Shown: piece by piece, positions 1 through 12,250 of the stretch
Layout of the letters: every line of letters begins with the position of its first letter
Numbering within the stretch: the first letter of the stretch is position 1
DNA from: Octopus sinensis
Lineage: Eukaryota
Length of the DNA: 64,000 nucleotides
Assembly: GCF_006345805.1 (NCBI RefSeq)
Contig: NC_043008.1
Coordinates: forward strand, 41,664,001 to 41,728,000
Direction: 5' to 3'
Translations under genes and position numbers: made by a program
The notes under the pieces: generated by a model
Database searches by the model: none
The model's input: the letters and a program-made list of their open reading frames with translations, nothing else
What the model was told of the DNA's origin: nothing

Positions 1-1334
1 GCTCCCTCCAGAAATGAAATCCGACACTTTATGATCGTTTGTACAACGCCCAAACCAAATGACTTGGCTTACGCACGCACATACACCATGCACACACACT
101 ATGCACAGACACCATTCAATACATACACATACTTATATAGATAGGTAAGACACACGCGTAAGCATATATGCCTAAATATGTATGGGCATAAGCACGTATG
201 TGTATTTGTGTGCGGGTATATGCAAGCGTTGAAGCATATATGTAGATACCCATACGAGTGAGTACCGCATTGATATATTACGAACTATACCCCTATGATC
301 AGTGACATTGAAAGAACTTCTTTTCATCGCTTGCAGAGATATATCTTTTATTTTTATTCCTGTCGTAGGGGGGTGTATAATATTGTAAAATATCCAAAGC
401 GAATGATTAAAAGGAATGCATTTTGGTATTTCAAGTTCTCAGCACGGAAACAAAGAGCGGGAAAATGGTGATATGGAATAAAAGAATAGAACACTACAAA
501 AGAAAGTCATTGCGACTTTGGAGATGAAATCAAGCAGTAAAGGACACAGCGCTCATAGGGATTGTTAATCTCCGGTTTCACGCATTTGATGTCGATGGTC
601 TCTTTAATTTTTCGGTAGCCAACATTTATATCAGTAACTTTGATCATACCTTTGCTTTCCTGTTAAAGCATTTGCCCAATTGCTTTTTAACCGACAACCT
701 AATATATAGGGTTTCCTATTGAACGAATATACATAGATCATCTTTAAGAAGGAATGGATGCAGAGAGATGTCTAGAATACGTATGAAAATGTGTTGAATG
801 CAAGCATTATTTGCATTCCTGTGTTCGACTGCACCAGATCAGTAGCATTCTTTTTCTCCAGGCCACTGGTCAAAGTTAGTCATAATGCTAACAGTACTGA
901 ATTCATTATATTTACCAAAAAGTCTATGATTTTTTTTTTATAGTACAGATATATTGTAATGAATCTGAATTAATATTGATTCACGTAATTACAACAAAAA
1001 ACTATTTCAAATATTTAAAATATCTTGCTAATGAAAATAGAAGATGGCTTTTACTGATATGATCACTTCAAACTCTTGTTAATTCTGCCGTTACACATTT
1101 CTGTCAAAATTCGATATTATTACATTATTCTGAAACTTCGTTTAAAAAATTATAAGTACATAAAATAAACAATATATATATATATATATATTAGGTTATA
1201 AGAGGTAATGGTGTCATCGAGACCCAAAGGTGTCAGGTAATGCTGAATAAGTGCTATAGAGGTACCATAGTTGTGTTCCAGGTTCGGTAATTTTGCGAAT
1301 AAGGGGTTCAACGTTGGTCATATGTCAGCGTGTG

Positions 1335-1645
1335 TATATAAGAATTGTTTGCGTAATGAGATAAAAAAAACCAAGGCTGTGTAGATATTAGAACATTGAT
1401 AGACAGAAGGTCTTACAGCTGTTTCCAGGATATTTATTAATTATATCCCTCCATCGGAGACGGTGTGAGAGGATGTATCCTATCTAAACTAACTATTACT
1501 TAACCATCCTCTAACACCGTCTCCGATGAAGGGGTATAATTAATAAATATCCTGGAAACAGCTGTAAGACCTTCTATCTATAAATGTTCTAATATCTACA
1601 CAGCCTTGGTTATTTAATCTCATTTCGCAAAAATTCTTATATATA
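1335..1645. repeat. Long inverted repeat (fold-back): arms about 141 bp with a 29-nt loop, ends in TA runs; Penelope-like terminal module
   Basis: 1335-1475 is the reverse complement of 1505-1645 with scattered mismatches (e.g. TTATATCCCTCCATCGGAGACGGTGTGAGAGGATG vs CATCCTCTAACACCGTCTCCGATGAAGGGGTATAA). Confidence 0.9.
1519..1570 (+). ncRNA. Type I hammerhead-ribozyme-like motif (variant core CCGAUGA)
   Basis: Stem I GTCT/AGAC; core CCGATGA; 7-bp stem II GGGGTAT/ATATCCT; GAAA; palindromic stem III ACAGCTGT; GUA triplet. Confidence 0.5.
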
Positions 1646-2421
1646 TATATATATATATATACGCGACAGTACGTGCATTTATATGTACTTGTATTCTTAT
1701 GTATGTTTGTGTGTACGTGCGGGGGGTGTTTGTACGTGTGTGCGTGTGTGTGTGTATTAATGTATGTATATTCATAGTTCGCTCTGTTCAGTCATAGATA
1801 ATAAGAAAATCTGGACAGTGTCTCGAAACGACCTAAGTACATGACTTACAATTATTCTATTAATTACGAAAATAGGAAATATGAAGTTGACCCCAGTGGG
1901 GCTTGAACTGGCAACATAATTAACTGCTACAAAGTACTTCTACTTGTGTTCCACCCCTCCGTGCTCAATGCCTTATTTCTTATCCTGACCCAGCGAATCG
2001 CAAACTTGCTGTAAAATTAAATGAAATGTATAAACTGGAGATAATCAGGTGAACAATGACACAGTTCTAAATATTTCTGTTGCTATCATAATTTATTCAT
2101 TAATTTTAATATTTCATCATATAAAAAAAATTACCTTTTGAAAAGAAACTATAAACGGAACGAAATACTAACAAAAATGCATTGAAAATGGTAACAACAA
2201 CCATAAGATAAAGAAACAGAAACAAACCATTAAAGGTGAGTGTGGCCATAAATATTTATAACACTTCTTTAAGTATCTTTGTCATTATGAGTTGATATGT
2301 TTCTAACCTTAACCAAGCTGCATCTCATGTAAGCTGTGTCAATCAACCTATAGCATACGAGCTATTTTCTGATTTCACTTTACCAAACCAAAATCTATCA
2401 GCCTGAATGCATCTTAGAATA

Positions 2422-2476
2422 TTTGTTTTGCATTTTGTTTTGCATTTTGTTTTGCATTTTGTTTTGCATTTTGTTT
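2422..2476. repeat. 12-bp tandem repeat (TTTTGTTTTGCA) x about 4.5
   Basis: Read directly; explains the LHFV repeat in ORF 2407-2589. Confidence 0.9.
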
Positions 2477-2791
2477 CTAAATACAAACAAAAGTGCTCGA
2501 GATATGTATACAATACTGTCTGTGAAATTCTCTCTCTCTCGCTCTCTCTCTCGCTCTCTCTCTCTCTCTCTTTCTCTCTTTTTAATTAGTCCAAGGCCAT
2601 AAATCTATTGTAGAAAAGATTCAATTGCTTTAACAAGTGAAGGCTATAGATTTTATGAATTCCAGCGTTAACCTTAAACGAAATATTGAAAATAATTAAG
2701 GCAGCAGTTTCCGCCTCTGCTATCTATTTTAGACTACGTGAAATGGTTTTGTAAAAGAGATAAAATTGTTGACATTACTGTAAGAAAATGT

Positions 2792-2995
2792 AAGGTAGCA
2801 GTGAGCTAAAATAATCGTTAGCACACCGTGTAAAATAATTAGCGACATTCCACTCGTCTTTACATTCTGAGTTCAAATTCCACCTAGGTCGACTTTGCCT
2901 TTCATCCTCTCGCCGTCGATAAAATAAGTACCAGTTGAGTTCAGGAGACTTACCGTCTCACCGAAATTGCTAAAATTGTGCTAAAATTTGACAAC
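2792..2995 (+). mobile_element. tRNA-headed SINE type A (Meta-domain-like core), diverged
   Basis: B-box-like GAGTTCAAATTCC followed by core GGTCGACTTTGCCTTTCATCC..GTCGATAAAATAAGTACCAG. Confidence 0.8.
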
Positions 2996-4589
2996 ATTGT
3001 TAAAAGTAAATGTTTTATAACATTAGTGACTATTGGATAAAATGCTTTGCTGTGTGCTTTGATTTCACTGCAAGGCACGAAACAAGCAGAACATTTAGAG
3101 GGTCATATTGAATGCAATATGGTATCATTCCCAGCCCTTTATATTTTGTCAGCAAGGCCTGCAATAACACTAGTCCGAAGCCGTATCGGCAGAATTACTT
3201 GCATTTCCCTTGGATAAATGTTGTTTGTAAAGGGGAGTTGCTTCAACAATTTTACAAATCTTCTTTAAAAATGTCCTGCCCATACGTGTGCAGATGCTAG
3301 GTTGACTTTGGCCGATTATATACCTTCCTTGGTTAAATGCCTACAAAGCACCGCTCATGTTTCACTGCAATATTACAAGAGTAGGAATGACAAGGCAGCA
3401 CTTGTGCAAATAAAAGAAAACTGATATAAACAGTACAGACTGAAACAACAAACTATGTTCTAAACCACCTCCAGCAACACTCGAAACACTTCTTATGCAA
3501 ATAAAAGACAGATGCTCCAGAATACATTTTTTGTTTGAAATCACGTTTGTTTTTACACCGATGTTTAAATCTTTTGTCGATAGATATCCATGAGTGCTTC
3601 ATACAGTAAAATAGAGCCAAAATGATATATTCTAATAAACACGCAAAGATTTCACAAACAATATTACACGAGTATTAATATAAAATTAAGCATAAATTTA
3701 GTTATAAATGTTTATCGTATGCAGATTCCTAATCAGCTTCGCTGTTTAAACACAACATGCGATTTAACTTGAGAGATCTCTGTATAGTTCGAAATGAGAA
3801 AAAGTTTGTCTATTATCATTTCATTTTTGCTGGATTAACAAATGTGCCTGCTTCATTCTTTCTACGACTTACAATTACAAACTAAAAATTCCAGTAGAGT
3901 TTCCTGGAGAAATATGAGCCAGTGCACAAATTGAATTTGTTATTCACAGATGGTAATTGAAGTGTTTTGTACATTAGTCAAAGTTCATTTACTGCTACAG
4001 AGAGTAGTCACCGAGCAGTTTGAACGTCTTTAGCACACATGTAAATAGACGCTGTCTTATTGAAGTTAAGCCATTTGACAGAAGTAATTTGTAACACCTT
4101 CGTATACGCCTGTTTACTTCAGCTCTTCATCTCTGTGTACATGTTCTCTCGCTTTCTCTCTCTCTCTCTATCCCTCACTCTTCCCTTTCTCTGCCTCTCT
4201 TTCTCTATATCTATCTCTCCCTCGCCTGGTATTTGTCAATGTCACTGCACCTGAACTGAAACTCCGAATTTTTAAACAAAATTCAGAGCTCCTCAATAAA
4301 CCAAGTGCATTGCAATATCAGCTCAGCTCAAAAAAAATTCAATTTTGGCTTTCTTACACATTTGGAAAATTCAAGCTGTTTCACATTACAAGGCTGCCAT
4401 CAAGAATGTACTTGAATGGGACCAACTTTGAATTTCATTCAAAAATTCAGAGTTGTGAAACAACATGGAGTTTCAGGTCATATATTTTATACTTGACATT
4501 TAGAACAATCACATTTATATCACCATTTCAGTGCGGCGAATATAAGCGCTTTCCAACCACATGGTTCAACTTCAATGCGTGACAGATTG

Positions 4590-4865
4590 GGCTAGTGACC
4601 AAAGCCATGTAAGTTTGGTCGAAGGAAACTAAAAGATGTCTGACTTATGCGCGCGCGCTTGTGTATTTGCCCCTCCTCACCACCACTTCACAACTGGTGT
4701 TTGTGTGTTTACGTTCCCGTAACTTAGCGTTTCGGCAAAAGATGACGATAGAGTAAGTAAATATGCAACAAGCACTGATGTACACTCATTCGATTAAGAA
4801 ATCTTCAATGTCGTGCCCCAGCATGACCGCAGTCTGATGACAGAAACAAGCAGCAGATGAAAACA
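4590..4865 (+). mobile_element. SINE type B, partial and diverged
   Basis: GACCAAAGCC..., CCCGTAACTTAGCG and CCAGCATGACCGCAGTC match the complete copies at 7165 and 13575. Confidence 0.7.
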
Positions 4866-5010
4866 TTAAAGATACGTTTCCTTTTTTTTCATTCTATTTT
4901 TAGAGATTCTACAATAATTTTTGCATTATTTTGTCTGTGATCATATCGTGAAGAAATGCGATAGAGCAGTTCTTCCTGTCTCTTATTATTTTATTATTTC
5001 TCATTAATTA

Positions 5011-5220
5011 AGGCGGCAAGCTGGCAGAATCGTTAGCACGTTGGACGAAATTCTTAGCGGTATTTCGTCCGTCATTACGCTCTGAGTTCAAATTCCGCCG
5101 AGGTTGAAGTTGTTTTCACCCTTCAGAGTCGATAAAACAAGTACCAATTGAACACTGGGATCGATGTAATCGACCCATCCACTCCCCAAAAGTGCTGCCC
5201 TCGTGACAAAATTGGAAACT
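5011..5220 (+). mobile_element. SINE type A
   Basis: Head AGGCGGCAAGCTGGCAGAATCGTTAGCACG, B-box and core. Confidence 0.85.
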
Positions 5221-6062
5221 ATAATTTTCTCATTAATTATTCCATGTCTCAGTAACTGCATTAGACTGCACCATTTGCTTTCAGTCACGTTGTACTTCTC
5301 GAATTGTCACTCTATCTCTTCCCTCTGTTACTTTTTTCCATTTATTTAGCTCTTTTTACTTTTGCTTCTTTTCCATAATTTATATTCATTTACAAAAAAG
5401 CATATCCTTAATGTCAGTTCATATAGTAAAGCTAATGGTATCAGGAGAGGCAACTGCTGTATTGCTGTATATAATAATGTTAATTATATCACTTAACAGC
5501 GTATTTCTAGCCATAAAATTATCTCCCTTCTTTACAGTAATAGGGATATGACTGCAAGACTAAAATTAAAATTTACCTGAGAGAGAAAATTACACTATTG
5601 AAAATGAAAAAATTTATTTTCCGAAATGCAGAAAATATAAAAGTTTTGTAGCATTTACACTGTATCTTATTCTATCTGAATTTAGAGAAATCACAAAAAG
5701 AAAATTTAAAAAAACAATAACGCCCACCTCAGCGGAGAGAAATATCCAGAAATTAAGATTCAGATTACTTACAATGTTAGAAGCAATGTATTGGATATTA
5801 AGTGCAGCTCATAAACTTAGTCAACTCTCTCTCTCTCTCTCTCTCTCACTCTCTCTCTCTCGCTCTCTATCTATCTATCTACCTCTTTCTCTCTCTCACT
5901 CTCTCTCTCATATTTGTTACTTTTTATTACTCGTTCACAGTATTACTGCTTTGTGTGTCTGAGTACATCAGATAAAAATAAGAATAGTGATCAATAAACT
6001 TATTTCCGTTTGACAGCGTGACATTCGAACACATTATGACAAAAAAAGTAATGAGTAATATC

Positions 6063-6210
6063 GGTTTCAAATTTTGGCACAAGGCCAGCAATTTCGGGGA
6101 AGTTTGTAAATCAGCTACATCGACTCCAGTGTTCAACTGGTACTTATTTTATCGACCCCGAAAGCCTGAAAGGTGAAGTCGATGTTGGTGGAATTTAAAC
6201 ATATAAGGTA
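6063..6210 (-). mobile_element. SINE type A, 3' part
   Basis: CTGGTACTTATTTTATCGACCCCGAAAG is the reverse complement of the core. Confidence 0.75.
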
Positions 6211-6329
6211 AAGATTGACAAACGCATGTCATAGAATGGATTGTTTAGTAGCACAGGCACATTGAACAGATTTGTATAGGTTCAACAATGAGACTATACA
6301 ATTATATAACTCTATATAAATGAGCGGAT

Positions 6330-6610
6330 GCACATGGCCTACTTGTTAGAGCAGCGGTCGAGGGATCGCAGGTTCGAATCTCAGACTGGACGATGTGTGT
6401 GTTTATGAGCGCAACACCTAAGCTCCACGCGGCAGAAGGTAATGGCGAACTTCTGCTGACTCTTTCGCCACAATTTTCTCTCATTCTTTCCCCTTGCATC
6501 TTGCAGTCCACCTGCGACGGACCGGCGTCCCGTCCAGGTGGGGCACCTATACACCAAGGAAACCGGGAACTCGGCCCCATGAGCCAGGCGTGGCTCGAGA
6601 AGGAACAGAC
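6330..6610 (+). mobile_element. SINE type C (tRNA head, V-domain-like body)
   Basis: Head TGGCCTACTTGTTAGAGC..GGTTCGAATC; CCTGCGACGGACCGGCGTCCCGTCCAGG resembles the V-SINE domain. Confidence 0.7.
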
Positions 6611-7164
6611 AATATAAATAAGGAGGAAATCTATTTTCACTCATATATGAACATCGGTAACTAGTATGCAATCGCTGTGAGTTGATTTTGAACACGTCTC
6701 ATACTCATTCATTAATATCAGTGGCATAACAAACGAAGTCGTCTTTGGATGGTGTGGTAAGAGAACTATAACGATGGACGCCGAGCGACCATGCATGGTG
6801 ATCCACGGTGGAAAGGCGAAGATCTGCTTTTCCATTGATCTTGTGATCAAAGACATTTCTAATCTTCTTATAAAATGGAAGCTGAGAATTTAACTTAATA
6901 TCATGACCCTGAGATCTAGATCAAAGAATGTCGTCTACTAAAACGAAAATATTGAATTTCTCCATTAATACAAAATAAACTCCAAATGTCAGGCAATCAT
7001 TCTGCCAGAGCAAAAAAAATTGACTGCATTACACATGAGAAATAAATGCTAACATTCTATGAAAATCCGGTGCGTTGTTCAGATCCGGAGTCATTATAAT
7101 AGCAAGCTCATGTGGTGTGAAACATGAGCAATAGCAGAAGATTTTTAATCATAATATTAATCAA

Positions 7165-7325
7165 GCATGACCGTGTGGTAAGAAACTTGTTTCCCAATCG
7201 AATGGTTTCAGGTTCAGTCCTCCTGCGTGGCATCTTGCAAGAGTGTCTTCTGCTATAGCCTCGGGCCGACCAAAGCCTTGTGATTGGGTTTGCAAGACGG
7301 AAACTGAAAGAAGACCGAAACCGTC

Positions 7326-7364
<39 letters not shown>

Positions 7365-7403
7365 ATATATATATATATATATGTATGTATGTATGTATAT
7401 ATA

Positions 7404-7439
<36 letters not shown>

Positions 7440-7730
7440 TGTATGTATGTATGTATGTATGTATGTATGTATGTATGTATGTATGTATGATTGTGTGTGT
7501 ATATGCGTGTGTTTGTATGTGTGTTTGTGTTTCCCCACCATCGCATGACAACTGATGCTGGTGTATTTATGTCCCCGTAACTTAGCGGTCCGGAAAAAGA
7601 AACGATAGCCGAAGTACTAGGCTTACGAAGAATAAGTCCTGGAGTCGATTTCTTCGACTAACACCCTTTTAGGCAGTGTTCCAGCATGGCCGCAGTCCAA
7701 TGACTGAAATAAGTAGCAGAATAACAGAAT
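7165..7730 (+). mobile_element. SINE type B (CORE-like), full length, with internal (TA)n/(TATG)n tract at 7327-7490
   Basis: Head TGTGGTAAGAAACTTG..GGTTCAGTCC; CORE-like CATCTTGCAAGAGTGTCTT; tail CCAGCATGGCCGCAGTC. Confidence 0.85.
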
Positions 7731-7749
7731 AATCATAATCATCATAATG

Positions 7750-7962
7750 TCTTCAAATTTTGGCAGAGGGCCAACAATCTCGGGGCAAGTGGAAAGTCGA
7801 TTGCATTGACCTGAGTACATAACTGGTACTTATGTTATCGACCCTGAAACGAGGAAAGGCAAAGACAACCCCGGCAGCATTTGAATTCATGATGTAGGTA
7901 CGGACAAAATGCTCCTACGTATTTTGTCCGGTACGCTAGGGATTCTGGAAGCTCACCATCTT
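7750..7962 (-). mobile_element. SINE type A, diverged
   Basis: Reverse-complement core ACTGGTACTTATGTTATCGACCCTG; head remnant at 7935-7962. Confidence 0.75.
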
Positions 7963-7974
7963 AATAATAATGAT

Positions 7975-8099
7975 AACTAGAAAAACACCGCAGACCTCCG
8001 CTAAGCAGCTCATTTCCACCCTTGTACACACATGCTGAAAATCGCCCAATTTCCTAAAACATAACCGGCAAAACGCAACCTAACTGGCAGGGGTAAAAA
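7975..8099 (-). mobile_element. Short non-autonomous Helentron/DINE-1-like element (tentative)
   Basis: The minus strand ends GCGGAGGTCTGCG...CTAGTT; the other end AAAACATAACC..GGCAGGGGTAAA resembles recalled HINE termini. Confidence 0.4.
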
Positions 8100-8699
8100 A
8101 TAACACAGCCATTTGATTTTGAAAAAAGTAAACCTTTAAAAACAGGAATCATCTGAAGCAGTTATAATACATCAATGACAACAGCTATACTTATCTGGAC
8201 CATAATAATCATCAACACTATCTCTGCTTTCACCAAAATTACCGTCAAAACTACGATCACCACAATCAACGTCAAAACTACAACCATCACAACCAGTTTC
8301 TTTACACAATTGAAAATCCATTATCCAATACTCATGGGACTGAGATTGTTGCACATTTTTGATTTTTCTAACTTCGGAGTGCTTTAGTAAAAAAAAACAT
8401 TGCATCTAAAAAACGGAACAGTTTGAGGTCTAAACACAATAGATTATAGACATACTCTGAATGTAGTTCTATATAAATCTTTAATAATTGGTTTTTATAC
8501 TTAAGGCCATCAGAAATGTTAAGATATCAGCCTCTACCCACGTTGTCATGCTTTCATGAAAAGGTTATAGCATAGATTAGATTACTAATTTAATAGCACC
8601 ACCTGGAAGAGATACACAGTCAGCTCTGGGGAACCGTAGCCCATTCAAGTAGAGGATTATTGTTTTCAGAGACATATCTGGGTGTGGGTAGTTTATCTG

Positions 8700-9925
8700 G
8701 TATTTGTTGGGGGTAATCATATAGGGATCGTTTGAATGCCATGACTGGTTGTAAACAAAGCCAGAGCCAGAGAAAAACGTGTGATAAGGAGGCTAACCAA
8801 ACGGTAATTCAATGCTGGATCAGAAGTGAACCTAGCAGAAAGGGATTCCGACAACGAATGAAAGCAAAATGGAATGAGATAGGACTTTTCGAAACAAGTG
8901 AGCAACGATTAGCCGACCAGGCAAGAGCAATAAGAGTAAAAGGGTGGTTAACAGACATAGAAATAAAAGAGATAAAAGGAAAAGTAGAAGATAGAAATAA
9001 TACTTCACCAACAGGTAATGTGCACAGTGAGAACAGAAAAATGAAAGCCGGCAGGTAAGAAGTAGAGCAAAGTGTAAAAGTAAAAGAATCTCTGCAAATG
9101 AAGCAGGAGTAATATGAAGAGGTATATCACAAGAATACGCTGATTACCAACAAGACAAAGTGAGGACGCTGTGGCGATATATTAGGGTACATTGACCGAC
9201 GCAAGCTCAAATTTGAAACCGAAAAGATAGATTCGGTTCTTGGAGTATTCCAGACGAGAAATATAACTGAAAATAACAAGATTAATTGAGTTGCAGCTAT
9301 GGTTGTTGCAGAGAGAGTTGGATGCTAAAGAAAAGAACAAACAGAAGGTAAAGAACCATACTGGCATACACGACTTTATGAGAAACAAAGTTAAGGAACC
9401 ATTTAGGACAAGTTGATAGATTGAGAAGAGGGGATATGCAGAACGAAATCATAAGAATAATACTGAAAAGAACATACAGAATTGGAGATAAAGGTTATGA
9501 TATGATACTGGAAGAGTTGAAATAAAGAGTAGTAGCAATCAAAGCAAAACCGGAGAGATATAACAACACATATGATCATAGTTCATGCAAAACAGATTCT
9601 TTGAAGCAAATCAGAAGAAACTGTTTCAAACACTAGATGGCCAAATACAATACACAATGATACCAGATGGAGAGGAAAGCAAGGTATTCTGGAGAGGAGT
9701 CCTGGACCAATCTGTAGAGCATAATGATAAAGCAGAGTGGCATGAAATCCAAGATAGTTTAAGAGATATAGAAGTCCAAGAAGACTTAGAGATAATTACG
9801 AAATGATAAAAACTCAGTTACGAAATACACTCACAAGGCTTTGGTCGACCCAAAATAATAGGTATCAACACTCTAGCTGTCCCAGTTATAAGTTACATGT
9901 ACAATATTCTTAACTGAACTCTAAA
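8700..9925 (+). mobile_element. R4/Dong-clade non-LTR retrotransposon, 5' part, decayed and internally deleted
   Basis: Peptides [55 protein letters not shown] and KIIGINTLAVPVISY. Confidence 0.8.
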
Positions 9926-10129
9926 TGAATGAATTAATTAATTACATTGGTCACTTTGAAAAAGGATGCCAACATTTCACTAAGGTAGATAATTTAATAT
10001 CAGAAATGGCTCTAAATAAACCTGGGAAACCAAATTTTCTACGTACTTTAACATTCAACCAAGCAGAACAATTGAACACCGCGAACTATATAGCTTTTAA
10101 AACATTGCACAGGAGGAAATGAAAATGGT

Positions 10130-10720
10130 CTTGAAATATCCTACAATGTTTGATGGTTAAACTTCATGGCAAATATGCGTGTCGTTTAAAATTTTACTGT
10201 TTTTGTAACAGGTCTTAATTTTACCTATGCCCTCTTTGTACCAGGCATTTTTATGATGGTTTAACATTTTTTTGACAAAACGCAGTATGCAAGAAACACT
10301 CGTTGCTCTTTAAATCGTGAAGAATCTGTCGCATGAAAAGCGACTACGTTTCTTGTCACTGAACAAACAACAAGGGTTCAATCCAGAACGATTTTATCAA
10401 GAATCAGAAAAAAAGATGCATAAAGTGTGCAATGACAATAGCGTAGAAAATAGTGGAGTATTTAGCAATAGAATGGAAGGCAAAACGAGAATATTTACTA
10501 TAAGTTCGCCTTAGTAATAAACCGATGCAGCATATTAAATATCATATGAACACAATTAGTTGGTCAGACGCAATAAGTGAACCATTGCCAGGTATTAGGA
10601 AGTGATAAATATTTGGCTGAAATAGTTTAAAGGCATAAACATAAAATTATTGTAGGGGTGTCCCACTGAAGGAGAAAAAGGCTCAATGGGCCTAGTATAT
10701 AGTGAACTGTGAGCAGGGTA
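10130..10720 (+). mobile_element. Very old CR1-like LINE 3' remnant (tentative)
   Basis: KNLSHEKRLRFLSL resembles CR1 LSYEERL; GGCTCAATGGGCCT near 10680 resembles a CR1 3' end. Confidence 0.35.
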
Positions 10721-10949
10721 ATTATAATAGGAAGTTTGGAGGAGAAAGATAGATTCCAGATTATTGTGTGTAATTTCTGAATTAAGCTATGTGTAATTAT
10801 TTGAGAGATCGAGTAGAGAGAATACCGTGGAATGAAATACTACCACTAATACTATTAAAATACCAATTATTATTATTTCCATCTCACTTCTCGGAGCCCT
10901 TGATTTCACTTGCTCCGGTTAATTTTGTAAGAGCGGACAACAACTTGTC

Positions 10950-11424
10950 AATCAGTTAAAATCAGAATCCATGTGAACCACTGCCTAGGAATCATTATCA
11001 TTATTATTGTTACTATCGTTGTTGTTGTTGTTATTGTTGATTTTGTTGTATAAGGCAGCGAGCTGCCAAAACTGTTATCCCCCCGGGTAAAGTGCTTATC
11101 AGCATTTAATCCCTCTTTACGTTCATATTTCAAATGCTGCTAAGGTTGACTTTGCCTGTCATCCTTCCGGGGTCGATAAAACAAGTACCAGTTAAGTACT
11201 TAGATCGATGTAATCGACTTTCCACCCTCCTTTCAAAGACGGCTTTTTCTATGCCAAAATTTGAATCTATTATTATCATTATTACTACTAATGATAATAT
11301 TATTATAACTATTATTATTAGTATTATAATTATCAACTCTGACATTAAACATTAAAGACCGCTACATCACTCAGCTTCAAAAGTTCCCATTAACAACGAT
11401 TGAATTACAACAAATGAATTCAAA
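10950..11424. repeat. Local direct duplication, copy 1 (contains a type A SINE at 11053-11270)
   Basis: Aligns by eye end to end with 12218-12733, including non-SINE sequence GACATTAAACATTAAAGA.CGCTACATCACTCAGCTTCAAAAG. Confidence 0.9.
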
Positions 11425-11905
11425 AGCGGGCAGCAACTTGTCAAGCATCTCACATGGTGCTTTTCCACGATACTTAACATTCAAGAATAAATTCTGAAAA
11501 TCCTCGCTATCCTCAATAGAACAGTTTTCTGAGTTAGTTCTATCCTCATGTCAATCCCGATTTTACCAACTGATTTCTCAAGTCTTCTTGTTATTGCTCC
11601 CAGTGCCCCGACAACTATTGGGATGACAGTTACGTCTTTCATTGCCCACATTCATGCAATCTCATCCTTTAGCGGCTGGTACTTTTCAATCCTTTTTGGT
11701 TTTTTATATTCTCTCATACATTCTCAGGTATAGCAACGCCTATGATCTTAGTTTCTTTCATCATTTTATTATCTACAACAAAGTCTGGTCTCTGGGCATC
11801 AATCACTGAATCACACTAGATTGCAACATAGCATAAGATCTTATATTTATTACTGTCATTGACATCTGGTTTGTGTTCGTACCATTTCAATGTCCTTTCC
11901 AGAGA
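11425..11905 (-). mobile_element. R4/Dong-clade 3' fragment: restriction-like endonuclease domain and 3' UTR
   Basis: Minus translation WYEHKPD..KIL..QRPDFVVDNK..IIGVAIP..IEKYQPLKDEIA*MWAMKDVTVIPIVVGALG, with stops. Confidence 0.85.
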
Positions 11906-11909
11906 GTAC

Positions 11910-12250
11910 TTCCAGGTCGAGTAGACCATCTCGCTCAAAATCTCCCTGAATAAGGACTGCTTAAATATGACGAACGAAACAGCTAAGTCTAGAGAGGTGA
12001 ATTATCCAAACCCCAACGAATTCCTCTCAACACATGGCTATGATGCTTCTCCAGTATGTCTGCTTGTGATCGGAGACGCACATATCATAAATCACTAAGG
12101 GAAATGCTCAACTGGTTATGGTCAAACTACTGAGAAGCAAATCTGTGGTATGGAGTTGAATATTTGCTGTAACTCATCTTTTATACAAAGAGAAAACATA
12201 TACATGATAACCCTTCCAATCAGTTAAGATCAGAATCCATGAGAACCACT
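11910..12250 (-). mobile_element. Unclassified interspersed repeat (same family as 24372-24745)
   Basis: Shared CCCTGAATAAGG, CCTCTCAACACATGGCTATGATGCT and CATGATAAC..CAATCAGTTAAG; strand assigned from recollection of the family. Confidence 0.75.

Noticed and set aside
2233-2241. Perfect donor AAG|GTGAGT
   Set aside because: All three upstream frames contain stops and there is no clear acceptor or start.
3115-3420. Possible GIY-YIG remnant (minus: YIIGQSQPSICTR..PLYKQHL)
   Set aside because: Too degenerate and stop-ridden to call without a profile search.
4834-4846. CTGATGA-CA-GAAA hammerhead-like core
   Set aside because: No room for stem II and no stems I or III; it is a mutated SINE B tail.
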